Assembly: GCA_041827565.1 (NCBI GenBank)
Contig: JBHALC010000063.1
Span: 1-28,105 of the forward strand
From: Erysipelotrichaceae bacterium
Lineage (GTDB): Bacteria; Bacillota_I; Bacilli_A; Erysipelotrichales; Erysipelotrichaceae
Reading direction: 5' to 3'
DNA length: 28,105 bases
Shown here: positions 1-10,564 of the stretch, in pieces
Numbering within the stretch: position 1 is the first letter of the stretch
How the letters are laid out: each line of letters begins with the position of its first letter
Translations under genes and position numbers: made by a program
Notes under the pieces: model-generated
The model's database searches: none
The model's input: only the letters and a program-made list of their open reading frames with translations
Told to the model about the DNA's origin: nothing

Positions 1-2
1 AT

Positions 3-203
3 AAAAAAGATTTTTTTCGAACATGGGTTTCAGTATATGTTCTGTTTATGTTGCTAAGAAATTCAACGGATAAAATTTATAATATGGATTTTAAAATGAA
101 TTGGTTAGATCAACTTAGTCTAGTGTTTGTATGTGCAATTATTATTTATGTGGTTTACGTGTTAATTTATGATTTAAAAGAGAGGAAAATAGAAAAATGT
201 TAA
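3..203 (+). CDS. 3' end of a membrane protein (partial, 5' truncated by window edge)
   Basis: Frame 3 is open from base 3 to TAA at 201-203: KKDFFRTWVSVYVLFMLLRNSTDKIYNMDFKMNWLDQLSLVFVCAIIIYVVYVLIYDLKERKIEKC*. It has two hydrophobic stretches and a basic tail, and overlaps the ATG at 197. Not in the ORF track. Confidence 0.7.
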   Translation, partial: KKDFFRTWVSVYVLFMLLRNSTDKIYNMDFKMNWLDQLSLVFVCAIIIYVVYVLIYDLKERKIEKC

Positions 204-889
204 GAGTAGAAAATGTTACAAAAATGTATAAAGATTTAGCAGCAAACAATAATGTTTGCTTTACGTTAAAAGATAATCAAATTACTGTTTTATTAGGAGA
301 AAACGGAGCAGGGAAATCTACAATTATTAAATCAATTGTTGGGTTCTTAAAATATGAAGGAAGTATTACATTAGATGGGAAAGATATCCAAGATTTAGAA
401 GTAAAAAGACAAATAGGATATGTACCTGAAGTTCCTGAATTATATGGAGAATTAACTTTATGGCAACAATTACAATTTGTAGCTTATGCATATGGGATTA
501 AAGACTTTGAGGAAAGAGCAAATCATTATTTAAATTTATTTAGAATTAGTGAGAAAAAAGATGAATTATGTGGTGCACTGTCAAAAGGAATGCGTCAAAA
601 AGTAAGTGTAATTTCAGCTTTAATTTTAAAACCAAGAATTTTAATTTTAGATGAACCGATGATTGGATTAGATCCAGAAGCGATTCGTGACTTAAAATTA
701 GTATTAGAAAGTTTAAAAGATGAATGTATGATTTTAGTAAGTACACACTTGATTGATAGTGTTACAACGATTTGGGATCAAGTGATCATTATGAATCATG
801 GTAATGTTGTATTTAACACAACAAAAGAAGACTTTGAAGGAACAAATGAAACATTAGAAGAAATTTACTTCCAGAAAAAAGGGGTGTAA
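197..889 (+). CDS. ABC transporter ATP-binding protein (exporter type)
   Basis: Walker A GENGAGKS, Q-loop (GYVPE), signature LSKGMRQK, Walker B ILILDEP, H-loop STH; SD gagagg upstream. Confidence 0.95.
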   Translation: MLRVENVTKMYKDLAANNNVCFTLKDNQITVLLGENGAGKSTIIKSIVGFLKYEGSITLDGKDIQDLEVKRQIGYVPEVPELYGELTLWQQLQFVAYAYGIKDFEERANHYLNLFRISEKKDELCGALSKGMRQKVSVISALILKPRILILDEPMIGLDPEAIRDLKLVLESLKDECMILVSTHLIDSVTTIWDQVIIMNHGNVVFNTTKEDFEGTNETLEEIYFQKKGV

Positions 890-892
890 ACT

Positions 893-2458
893 ATGAAGTT
901 GTTTATTCAATATTTTAAATTTACTTTACAACAAGCTTTTAAAAAACCAAGACAAGCTTTAAAAGTTTTACCAGGATTAGGATTCTTATTATTTGGAATT
1001 GTGTTTGCAATATTCATGTTATTTATAGTTCCAGTTAGAGAAGAAGTTGTAGCAGGGACAATTGATTTAGGTAAAATTTATATTTTTGCAATTTCTTCAA
1101 TGTTTTATATTTTAATGTTTATTCAAGCGATTCAAGGAGGAGCACTAGGATTTAGAAGTTGTGATGCAAACTTATTAATGACTGGGCCAGTTTCAAAATT
1201 TGATGCTTACTTATTTGTATTGTTGAAATCTACAATTATGTATTTAGGGTTGTCGGTATTTATGGCAGCTACACAATCAAGTGGAATTATCCAGTTAACA
1301 GGAAATCGACTTTCAATTGTATTTTTAGCTATTACCTTATTAATTTCTTTGATTACTTTAGGTGGAATTGGATATATTCTAACTTACTTTAGAATTAAAT
1401 ATGAAAAAATATCTAAAATTGTAAATATTTTAATTTTAGTAGGATTAGCAGCACTATTTTATTTCTTCTATCAATTAGAAGGGTTAGCATTTACACAATC
1501 AACAATTTTACATCTTGTTCCTTTTATTGGATGGAATTTAGGAATTGCACATTATAGTGCAGTAGGAAATTATGCAATTGTAGCAGTATACTACTCAGTA
1601 TATGCTATAACAATTACGGCATTATATGTTATTTGTTCAAAATTAAAATTTGACTACTATGAATATGAATTAAGTAAAGTAGCTAAAACAGATAAAGCCT
1701 ACAAACAAATGGCATCTGGAGGGAGTAATGCCGATGTTAAATTCTTTAGAAAAAGCAATCTACAATTTAAATCTTTAAATGAGAAAGCAATTATGGAGTT
1801 TTCAAGAATTTCAGCAGGAAAATTCTTTATGGCTTCATTAATTACGATAATTGGATTAGTATTTGAAATAGGGCTTTTAATTGTCTTAAATCTTGCCATT
1901 CCACAAGATGCGATTTCCCCATTTTTTAGAACGGTTATTTTATTAATTGGGTTGAAAATGTATATGTCTACTTTCTCGTTTGCTGAAAATGGATTATATA
2001 CTGATTTCTATTTAAAATTATTCCCGATCAAAAGCATTTATAAAGTAACATATTACCATTTTGTTAAGTTTTTATCCGAATTTATTCAAGTTATGCTATT
2101 TACGATAATTACTTTAGTAATTTGTATTATGAAAGATTATGATATTATGTATGCATTATATGTATTCTTGGCTACATTTGCCTTTGGAATTAGTGAAGTA
2201 TTACGATTAGAAAATGTATGGAATTATGTCATTCGTCGTTTCGGAAAAACATTAACTCTTATCTTATCGATTGTTGAAGGTTTAATCAAGGCGTTAGTAA
2301 TTATTGGAGGATCAATTGGATTATACTTTATTACAAATACCCCAATTGCATCTGTAATTTATATTGTAGTGATTTCAATAATTTATTCAATAATCTGGAC
2401 ATTAATTGGAGTTAAATTATATGATTCTTGTGATGTTTCAGATTATAAAACAAGTTAG
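893..2458 (+). CDS. Polytopic membrane protein, putative ABC exporter permease
   Basis: 521 aa with many TM segments in two blocks; starts 3 nt after the ABC ATPase stop; contains a D..LL...P motif (DANLLMTGPVS) typical of large ABC-2-like permeases. Confidence 0.75.
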   Translation: MKLFIQYFKFTLQQAFKKPRQALKVLPGLGFLLFGIVFAIFMLFIVPVREEVVAGTIDLGKIYIFAISSMFYILMFIQAIQGGALGFRSCDANLLMTGPVSKFDAYLFVLLKSTIMYLGLSVFMAATQSSGIIQLTGNRLSIVFLAITLLISLITLGGIGYILTYFRIKYEKISKIVNILILVGLAALFYFFYQLEGLAFTQSTILHLVPFIGWNLGIAHYSAVGNYAIVAVYYSVYAITITALYVICSKLKFDYYEYELSKVAKTDKAYKQMASGGSNADVKFFRKSNLQFKSLNEKAIMEFSRISAGKFFMASLITIIGLVFEIGLLIVLNLAIPQDAISPFFRTVILLIGLKMYMSTFSFAENGLYTDFYLKLFPIKSIYKVTYYHFVKFLSEFIQVMLFTIITLVICIMKDYDIMYALYVFLATFAFGISEVLRLENVWNYVIRRFGKTLTLILSIVEGLIKALVIIGGSIGLYFITNTPIASVIYIVVISIIYSIIWTLIGVKLYDSCDVSDYKTS

Positions 2459-2488
2459 AAGAAGTGAAGTTTTATTTCATTTCTTTTT
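2459..2488 (+). terminator. Intrinsic terminator after the ABC exporter operon
   Basis: AAGAAGTGAA (2459-2468) pairs with TTCATTTCTT (2476-2485), with one G-U pair, and runs into a T tract. Confidence 0.6.
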
Positions 2489-2544
2489 AATTTATGAAAA
2501 CGGTATAAGTTTAGTGCATTTGTAATGCTTTCTTAATAAAATTT

Positions 2545-2553
2545 TGGTAGAAT
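2545..2553 (+). promoter_or_regulatory. Extended -10 promoter of nox
   Basis: TG-g-TAGAAT at 2545-2553; SD gaggagg just upstream of ATG 2584. Confidence 0.5.
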
Positions 2554-2583
2554 AGTATTGTATACAATTTAGAGGAGGACATT

Positions 2584-3927
2584 ATGACAAAAATTGTAGT
2601 AGTTGGAGCTAACCATGCAGGTACTGCTTGTGTTAACACGATTTTAGGAAACTATGGAAAAGAAAATGAAGTAGTAGTTTTTGATAAAAACTCAAACATT
2701 TCATTTTTAGGGTGTGGAATGGCACTATGGATTGGAAAACAAATTGCAGGAGCAGATGGACTATTCTACTCAAGTAAAGAACAATTAGAAGCTGCTGGTG
2801 CTAAAGTACACATGGAAGCAGAAGTAAAATCAATTGATTACGATAAAAAAGAAGTACATGTAACTTTAAAAGATGGAACAAATCATGTTGAAAGTTTTGA
2901 CAAAGTAATCTTAGCAACAGGATCAAAACCAATTGTTCCACCAATTAAGGGTGTGGAATTAGAAAATGTTCAATTTGTGAAATTATTCCAAAATGCTCAA
3001 GAAGTAATTGATAAATTACAAAACCCAGGAATTAACCGTGTTGCTGTAGTAGGAGCAGGATACATTGGAGTAGAATTAGCAGAAGCATTTGAAAGATTAG
3101 GAAAAGAAGTAGTTTTAGTTGATGTTGCTAAAACTTGTTTATCAGGATACTATGATGCTGATCTAACTGAATTAATGAGTAAAAATATGGCTGACCATGG
3201 AATCAAATTAGCGTTTGGACAAACGGTAACTGAAATCCAAGGAAATGGAAAAGTTGAAAAATTAGTTACAGATAAAGAAAGCTTTGATGTAGATATGGTT
3301 ATCTTAGCAGTTGGATTTAGACCGAACAATGATTTAGGAAAAGACAATTTAGAATTATTCAGAAATGGTGCTTATGTAGTAGACCGTCATCAAGAAACAA
3401 GTGTTAAAGATGTTTATGCGATTGGAGACTGTGCTACAGTTTACGACAACTCATTAGGAAAAGATGCGGTAAACTACATTGCTTTAGCAACAAACGCTGT
3501 TCGTTCAGGAATTGTTGCTGCACACAATGCTTGTGGAACAGCTTTAGAAACAATTGGAGTTCAAGGATCAAATGGAATTTGTATTTATGACTTAAAAATG
3601 GTTTCAACAGGATTAACATTAGAAAAAGCTTTAAGAGCTGGATTTGATGCTGCTGTAACAGAATTTAAAGATACACAAAAACCTGCATTTATTGAACACG
3701 ACAACCACGATGTTGTAATTAAAATTGTTTACGATAAAAAATCAAGAGTGGTATTAGGGTGTCAAATGGCAAGTAAAGAAGATATGTCAATGGGAATTCA
3801 CATGTTCTCACTTGCAATTCAAGAAAGAGTTACAATTGATCGTTTAGCATTATTAGATATTTTCTTCTTACCACACTTCAATAAACCTTACAACTACATT
3901 ACAATGGCTGCTTTAGGCGCTAAATAG
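2584..3927 (+). CDS. nox: NADH oxidase, H2O-forming type (FAD-dependent, redox-active Cys)
   Basis: N-terminal GANHAG FAD motif, SFLGCG with the redox cysteine, ATGS, NADH-binding GAGYIG, YAIGD, C-terminal FFLPHFN; closely resembles streptococcal/clostridial Nox as I recall it. Confidence 0.93.
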   Translation: MTKIVVVGANHAGTACVNTILGNYGKENEVVVFDKNSNISFLGCGMALWIGKQIAGADGLFYSSKEQLEAAGAKVHMEAEVKSIDYDKKEVHVTLKDGTNHVESFDKVILATGSKPIVPPIKGVELENVQFVKLFQNAQEVIDKLQNPGINRVAVVGAGYIGVELAEAFERLGKEVVLVDVAKTCLSGYYDADLTELMSKNMADHGIKLAFGQTVTEIQGNGKVEKLVTDKESFDVDMVILAVGFRPNNDLGKDNLELFRNGAYVVDRHQETSVKDVYAIGDCATVYDNSLGKDAVNYIALATNAVRSGIVAAHNACGTALETIGVQGSNGICIYDLKMVSTGLTLEKALRAGFDAAVTEFKDTQKPAFIEHDNHDVVIKIVYDKKSRVVLGCQMASKEDMSMGIHMFSLAIQERVTIDRLALLDIFFLPHFNKPYNYITMAALGAK

Positions 3928-4304
3928 TGTTAAATATCTTATTCGTTTGTAAAGATAATGCAGTGCACTCTCAAATTGCAGAGTGCATTTGCTCTTTTTT
4001 AGGAAATCGAATTTGTAAATGTAGTAGTGCAGGGATTGAAAAGCAAGAAATAAATTCAAAAGTAAGTTCATTACTTCAAGAGATTTATCAAGTTGATATT
4101 ACTAAAACGCAATTTAGTAAAAAAATAGATGAATTAGAAGAAAGATATGATTTAGTGATTACAATAAATACGGATTTAGACATTGAGGCAGGAATTGTAG
4201 AAAAGTGGATTGTTTCAGATGAACTAAATGATGAATTAATTTATAGTATTGAAGAAAAAGTGATGCTTTTATTACATGAAATTAAAATAGGGGAGATTAG
4301 ATAG
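3927..4304 (+). CDS. ArsC / low-molecular-weight phosphatase fold protein with degenerate active site
   Basis: ILFVC-x5-HSQIAE, SAG, YDLVIT and W-x3-D match the ArsC/LMW-PTP pattern, but CX5R is CX5H. The GTG start overlaps the nox stop (TAGTG). Confidence 0.75.
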   Translation: MLNILFVCKDNAVHSQIAECICSFLGNRICKCSSAGIEKQEINSKVSSLLQEIYQVDITKTQFSKKIDELEERYDLVITINTDLDIEAGIVEKWIVSDELNDELIYSIEEKVMLLLHEIKIGEIR

Positions 4305-4324
4305 GAACATTCCTATCTTTTTAT
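4299..4324 (+). terminator. Intrinsic terminator after the ArsC-like ORF
   Basis: AGATAGGA-acat-TCCTATCT followed by TTTT; overlaps the stop codon. Confidence 0.75.
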
Positions 4325-4370
4325 TTGTGATTTTATTAAGATTTGAAATGAAATACTTTATTTTTTATAA

Positions 4371-5714
<1,344 letters not shown>

Positions 5715-5718
5715 TTTT

Positions 5719-5750
5719 AAAAATGTCATAGTGTAAACTATGGCATTTTT
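5719..5750 (+). terminator. Intrinsic terminator after eno
   Basis: AAAAATGTCATAG-tgtaaa-CTATGGCATTTTT, a 13-bp stem with one G-U pair. Confidence 0.8.
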
Positions 5751-5762
5751 AGTTCTTTAAAA

Positions 5763-5791
5763 TTGCATTTTATATTGTTTTATGATAAAAT
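5763..5791 (+). promoter_or_regulatory. Sigma-A promoter of the rplU operon
   Basis: -35 TTGCAT (5763-5768), 17-bp spacer, TG-a-TAAAAT (5783-5791). Confidence 0.75.
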
Positions 5792-5797
5792 ACTACT

Positions 5798-5898
5798 GTT
5801 GTATGCATCTATAAGCTACAACCGCTCATAAAAAGGTTTTTAAAACAATTATTTGTGCCTTAAATGGCGAGTCTATAGAGAAAGAGGGAGGTGCACAA
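5798..5898 (+). ncRNA. Ribosomal protein L21 leader (cis-regulatory RNA)
   Basis: ~100-nt 5' UTR before rplU containing AGCTACAACCGC ... GGCGAGTCT ... GGAGGTGC, the conserved elements I recall for the Firmicute L21_leader. Boundaries are approximate. Confidence 0.65.
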
Positions 5899-6210
5899 AT
5901 GTACGCAATTATTGAAACTGGTGGAAAACAAGTTAAAGTTGAAGTAGGAAGCGAAATCTTTGTGGAAAAATTAAGCGTTGAAGAAGGAGAAACAGTAGTA
6001 TTTGATAAAGTAGTATTCTTATCTGATGCTTCTGCTAAAATTGGAACTCCTTACGTTAGTGGAGTTAGCGTAACTGCAAAAGTTTTAAAACAAGGAAAAA
6101 ACAGAAAAATTACAATCTTCAAATATAAAGCAAAAGACGGTTCTACAAAACGTAAACAAGGACATCGTCAACCATATACTAAATTAGTTGTTGAAGCAAT
6201 TAATGGTTAA
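5899..6210 (+). CDS. rplU: 50S ribosomal protein L21
   Basis: [11 protein letters not shown]...[11 protein letters not shown]. Confidence 0.98.
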   Translation: MYAIIETGGKQVKVEVGSEIFVEKLSVEEGETVVFDKVVFLSDASAKIGTPYVSGVSVTAKVLKQGKNRKITIFKYKAKDGSTKRKQGHRQPYTKLVVEAING

Positions 6211-6212
6211 TT

Positions 6213-6527
6213 ATGATTAAAGTTTTAATTTCAAGTCGTAATCATCAAATTGAGCACATTAGTATCAAAGGTCATGCTTTTAGTAATGTTGTTGGTAAAG
6301 ATTTGGTATGTGCAGGTGTAAGTAGTATTGCAGTTGGTACATTAAATGCGATTGAGGAATTAGCAAATCACAGTTGTGAATTGAAGATGGATGATGGTTT
6401 TGTGGAAATTAAAGTTGTACAAAATAGTGAAACACTTCAAATCATACTGAAAACATTATTAATTCAATTACAAACGATTGAATTTAATTATCAAAAATAC
6501 ATAAAAATAAAAAAACAGGAGGTGTAA
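6213..6527 (+). CDS. prp: Ribosomal-processing cysteine protease Prp (YsxB family)
   Basis: Lies between rplU and rpmA; GHA and VCAGVS carry the catalytic His and Cys. Confidence 0.92.
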   Translation: MIKVLISSRNHQIEHISIKGHAFSNVVGKDLVCAGVSSIAVGTLNAIEELANHSCELKMDDGFVEIKVVQNSETLQIILKTLLIQLQTIEFNYQKYIKIKKQEV

Positions 6528-6529
6528 TT

Positions 6530-6811
6530 ATGAATTTTATTTTAGATATTCAGCTGTTTGCTTCTAAAAAAGGGGTAGGATCTACTAAAAACGGTCGTGA
6601 TTCTCATTCAAAACGTTTAGGTGCTAAAAAAGCAGATGGACAATTCACAAATGAAGGTTCAATTATCTACCGTCAAAGAGGAACTAAAATTCACCCAGGA
6701 ACAAATGTTGGACGTGGTGGAGATGATACTCTATTTGCATTAACAAGCGGTATTGTTAAATATGAACGTTTAGGAAAAAACAAAACTAAAGTTTCTGTAT
6801 ATCCACAATAA
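6530..6811 (+). CDS. rpmA: 50S ribosomal protein L27 with cleavable N-terminal extension
   Basis: [25 protein letters not shown]; the QLF/ASKK junction is the known Prp cleavage site. Confidence 0.98.
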   Translation: MNFILDIQLFASKKGVGSTKNGRDSHSKRLGAKKADGQFTNEGSIIYRQRGTKIHPGTNVGRGGDDTLFALTSGIVKYERLGKNKTKVSVYPQ

Positions 6812-6835
6812 TCCCCAGTGGGGATTATTTTTTTT
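6807..6835 (+). terminator. Intrinsic terminator between rpmA and obgE
   Basis: AATAATCCC-cagt-GGGATTATT running into a T tract that ends at 6835. Confidence 0.7.
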
Positions 6836-6837
6836 GA

Positions 6838-8137
<1,300 letters not shown>

Positions 8138-8139
<2 letters not shown>

Positions 8140-8169
8140 TCTATACCTTGTCGGTATAGATTTTTTTTT
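8138..8169 (+). terminator. Intrinsic terminator after obgE
   Basis: AATCTATACC-ttgtc-GGTATAGATT running into a long T tract. Confidence 0.85.
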
Positions 8170-8177
8170 ATTAGATA

Positions 8178-8186
8178 TGTTATAAT
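8178..8186 (+). promoter_or_regulatory. Extended -10 promoter of the P-type ATPase
   Basis: TG-t-TATAAT at 8178-8186; SD aggtga before ATG 8202. Confidence 0.55.
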
Positions 8187-8201
8187 AAAATAGGTGATAA
8201 A

Positions 8202-10469
8202 ATGTTAGGGTTAAATGAACAAGAAGTAGAAAAAAGAAAAAAAGAAGGAAAAATAAATACTGAAATTAAATCAAGAACAAAGTCAAATAAAGAAATTATT
8301 TTAACGAACACAATTAATTATTTTAATATTTTAAATATTGTGTTAGCTTTAATTATCTTATTAAGTGGTCAAATTAAAAATATCTTATTTTTAGGTGTAA
8401 TTATTGTGAATATGGGAATTGCAATATATCAAGAATTAAAATCTAAGCAAATTGTTGAAAAATTATCATTACTTTCAAAAAATAAAATTCGTGTAGTTCG
8501 AAGTAATCAGGAAGTACTATTAGATGCACATGAATTAGTAGTTGATGATATTTATTTAATTAGTAATGGTGATCAAGTTCATGTAGATTCAATGCTTCTT
8601 GATGGTAATTTAGAGATGGATGAAAGTAATTTAACAGGAGAATCAGATACAATTTATAAAAATAAAGAAGATATGGTTTACTCTGGAAGTATTGTGGTAA
8701 GTGGTAGCGGAATGCTAAAAGTAGTACATGTAGGTGCTGATAATTACATGAATAAAGTGATTTCGGAAACAAAAGTTGCACGCATTCATCCAAGTAAATT
8801 AAGAGATACAATGAATCAAATTTTAAAAATTGTAACAATTGGAATTATTCCTGTAGGAATATTGTTATTTTTTAAAAATTATTTTATTTTTAAATTACCT
8901 TTTGAAGATGTAATTTTAAAATCAACTGCTCCTTTAATCGGAATGATTCCAGAAGGATTAATTTTACTAACATCAGTAGCATTAGCAGTATCAGTGTTTG
9001 TATTAGGATTAAAAAAGATTTTAGTGCAAGAGTTGTATTGTATTGAAACATTAGCTCGTGTAGATGTACTATGTGTAGATAAGACTGGAACAATTACACA
9101 GGGTAATATGGAAGTCGTTGAAGTGATTGGTGATATTGATGAAGTGATGAGTCAATATTTAGGATGTTTTGATTATGAAAATATTACTGATAAAGCTTTA
9201 ATAGCTCGATTTGGAAAAAGAAATGAATATGAAATTAGTAATAAAGTTGATTTTTCAAGTAAACGAAAATATAGTGCAGTAACATTTAAAAAATATGGTT
9301 CTTATGCTTTAGGTGCGTATGAATTTTTAATTAAAAATCGTGATCAGCAAGATTTAGTCGATCAATACATTAAACAAGGATATCGTGTTTTGGTTTTAGT
9401 ACATAGTGAGTATGGGATATTAGAAAATTATTTACCGGATGATTTAAAAGTGAAGGGATTTATCATTTTAAGTGATATTATTCGTGAAAATACAAAAGAA
9501 TTATTTGAATTTTTTGAAAAAGAAAAAGTTAATGTGAAAATAATTAGTGGTGATAATCCGATTGCTGTAGCAGCAATTGCAAAAAAAGCTGGATTAAAAG
9601 ATACCGCTGCAATAGATGTTTCTGCTCTTTCAAATGAAGAATTAGTTCAAAATCTCTTTAATCACAATGTATTTGGAAGAGTATCACCAGATCAGAAAAA
9701 ATTGATGGTTGAAACATTACAATCTCAAAAACATGTTGTAGCAATGACAGGAGATGGAGTAAATGATGTTTTAGCTTTAAAACAAGCTAATGTAAGTATT
9801 GCGATGGCACAAGGTTGTGAGGCTGCGAAACAAATATCTAATATTGTTTTATTAGAGAATAATTTCAAAAATTTATATGATATTTTAATGGAAGGAAGAA
9901 GAGTAATTAATAATATTCAGAAAGTTTCAACTTTGTTTTTATCTAAAACAGTAATGTCGATTTTATTTTCATTAATTACTTTATTTACACCAATTGCATT
10001 TCCATTTATTCCAATTCAACTAACACTAATTTCAACACTTACAATTGGAATACCAGGTTTTATCTTAACACTTGAAAAATCAAAAGATAGAATAGAAGAA
10101 AAGTTTATGCAAAATGTATTAATTAAATCTTCAAGTAATGCAGTTATCTTTATTTTAACTACACTAGTAATGAATTTTGCTTTACATCAATTTGGAGTTT
10201 ATTCACTTGAATTAGCTTCAACTCTTGCAACTTATTATGCATTATTTAATGGTATATTATTGTTGTATTTTGTGGATAAGAAAATAAATTGGATTAAAAT
10301 AGGATTAATTGCATTAATAGTAGTGACTTTACTAATCATTGTGATATTCTTTAAGGCATTTTTCTTGTTAGTTGATATCTCTGGAATCACTATTTCAATT
10401 CTAGGGAGTGGATGGTTATTGATATTACTTCTGAATGTTGTTATTTTTAAAATAATATATCGAAAATAG
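8202..10469 (+). CDS. Cation-translocating P-type ATPase (CtpE-like subfamily)
   Basis: LTGES, M4 IPEGL, phosphorylation site DKTGT, SGDN, GDGVND. LGAYE in place of KGAPE and SGD in place of TGD fit the CtpE-like group (recalled). Confidence 0.9.
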   Translation: MLGLNEQEVEKRKKEGKINTEIKSRTKSNKEIILTNTINYFNILNIVLALIILLSGQIKNILFLGVIIVNMGIAIYQELKSKQIVEKLSLLSKNKIRVVRSNQEVLLDAHELVVDDIYLISNGDQVHVDSMLLDGNLEMDESNLTGESDTIYKNKEDMVYSGSIVVSGSGMLKVVHVGADNYMNKVISETKVARIHPSKLRDTMNQILKIVTIGIIPVGILLFFKNYFIFKLPFEDVILKSTAPLIGMIPEGLILLTSVALAVSVFVLGLKKILVQELYCIETLARVDVLCVDKTGTITQGNMEVVEVIGDIDEVMSQYLGCFDYENITDKALIARFGKRNEYEISNKVDFSSKRKYSAVTFKKYGSYALGAYEFLIKNRDQQDLVDQYIKQGYRVLVLVHSEYGILENYLPDDLKVKGFIILSDIIRENTKELFEFFEKEKVNVKIISGDNPIAVAAIAKKAGLKDTAAIDVSALSNEELVQNLFNHNVFGRVSPDQKKLMVETLQSQKHVVAMTGDGVNDVLALKQANVSIAMAQGCEAAKQISNIVLLENNFKNLYDILMEGRRVINNIQKVSTLFLSKTVMSILFSLITLFTPIAFPFIPIQLTLISTLTIGIPGFILTLEKSKDRIEEKFMQNVLIKSSSNAVIFILTTLVMNFALHQFGVYSLELASTLATYYALFNGILLLYFVDKKINWIKIGLIALIVVTLLIIVIFFKAFFLLVDISGITISILGSGWLLILLLNVVIFKIIYRK

Positions 10470-10470
10470 A

Positions 10471-10499
10471 GCACTTTTTAATAAAAAAAGTGTTTTTTT
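10471..10499 (+). terminator. Intrinsic terminator after the P-type ATPase
   Basis: GCACTTTTT (10471-10479) pairs with AAAAAGTGT (10485-10493), followed by a T run. Confidence 0.6.
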
Positions 10500-10514
10500 A
10501 TCTAGTAAAATATA

Positions 10515-10543
10515 TTGCGTTTTGATGTGAAATAATGTATAAT
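10515..10543 (+). promoter_or_regulatory. Sigma-A promoter of the nucleoside-type ABC operon
   Basis: -35 TTGCGT (10515-10520), 17-bp spacer, -10 TATAAT (10538-10543). Confidence 0.7.
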
Positions 10544-10564
10544 ATACGCTGAGAGGATGGAATT

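Noticed and set aside
2515-2540. Rex operator upstream of nox (also TTGTGA at 4325 upstream of eno)
   Set aside because: Only one half-site resembles TTGTGAA-N4-TTCACAA, with too many mismatches in an AT-rich background. The short GCATT-tgt-AATGC palindrome at 2516-2528 is too small to call.
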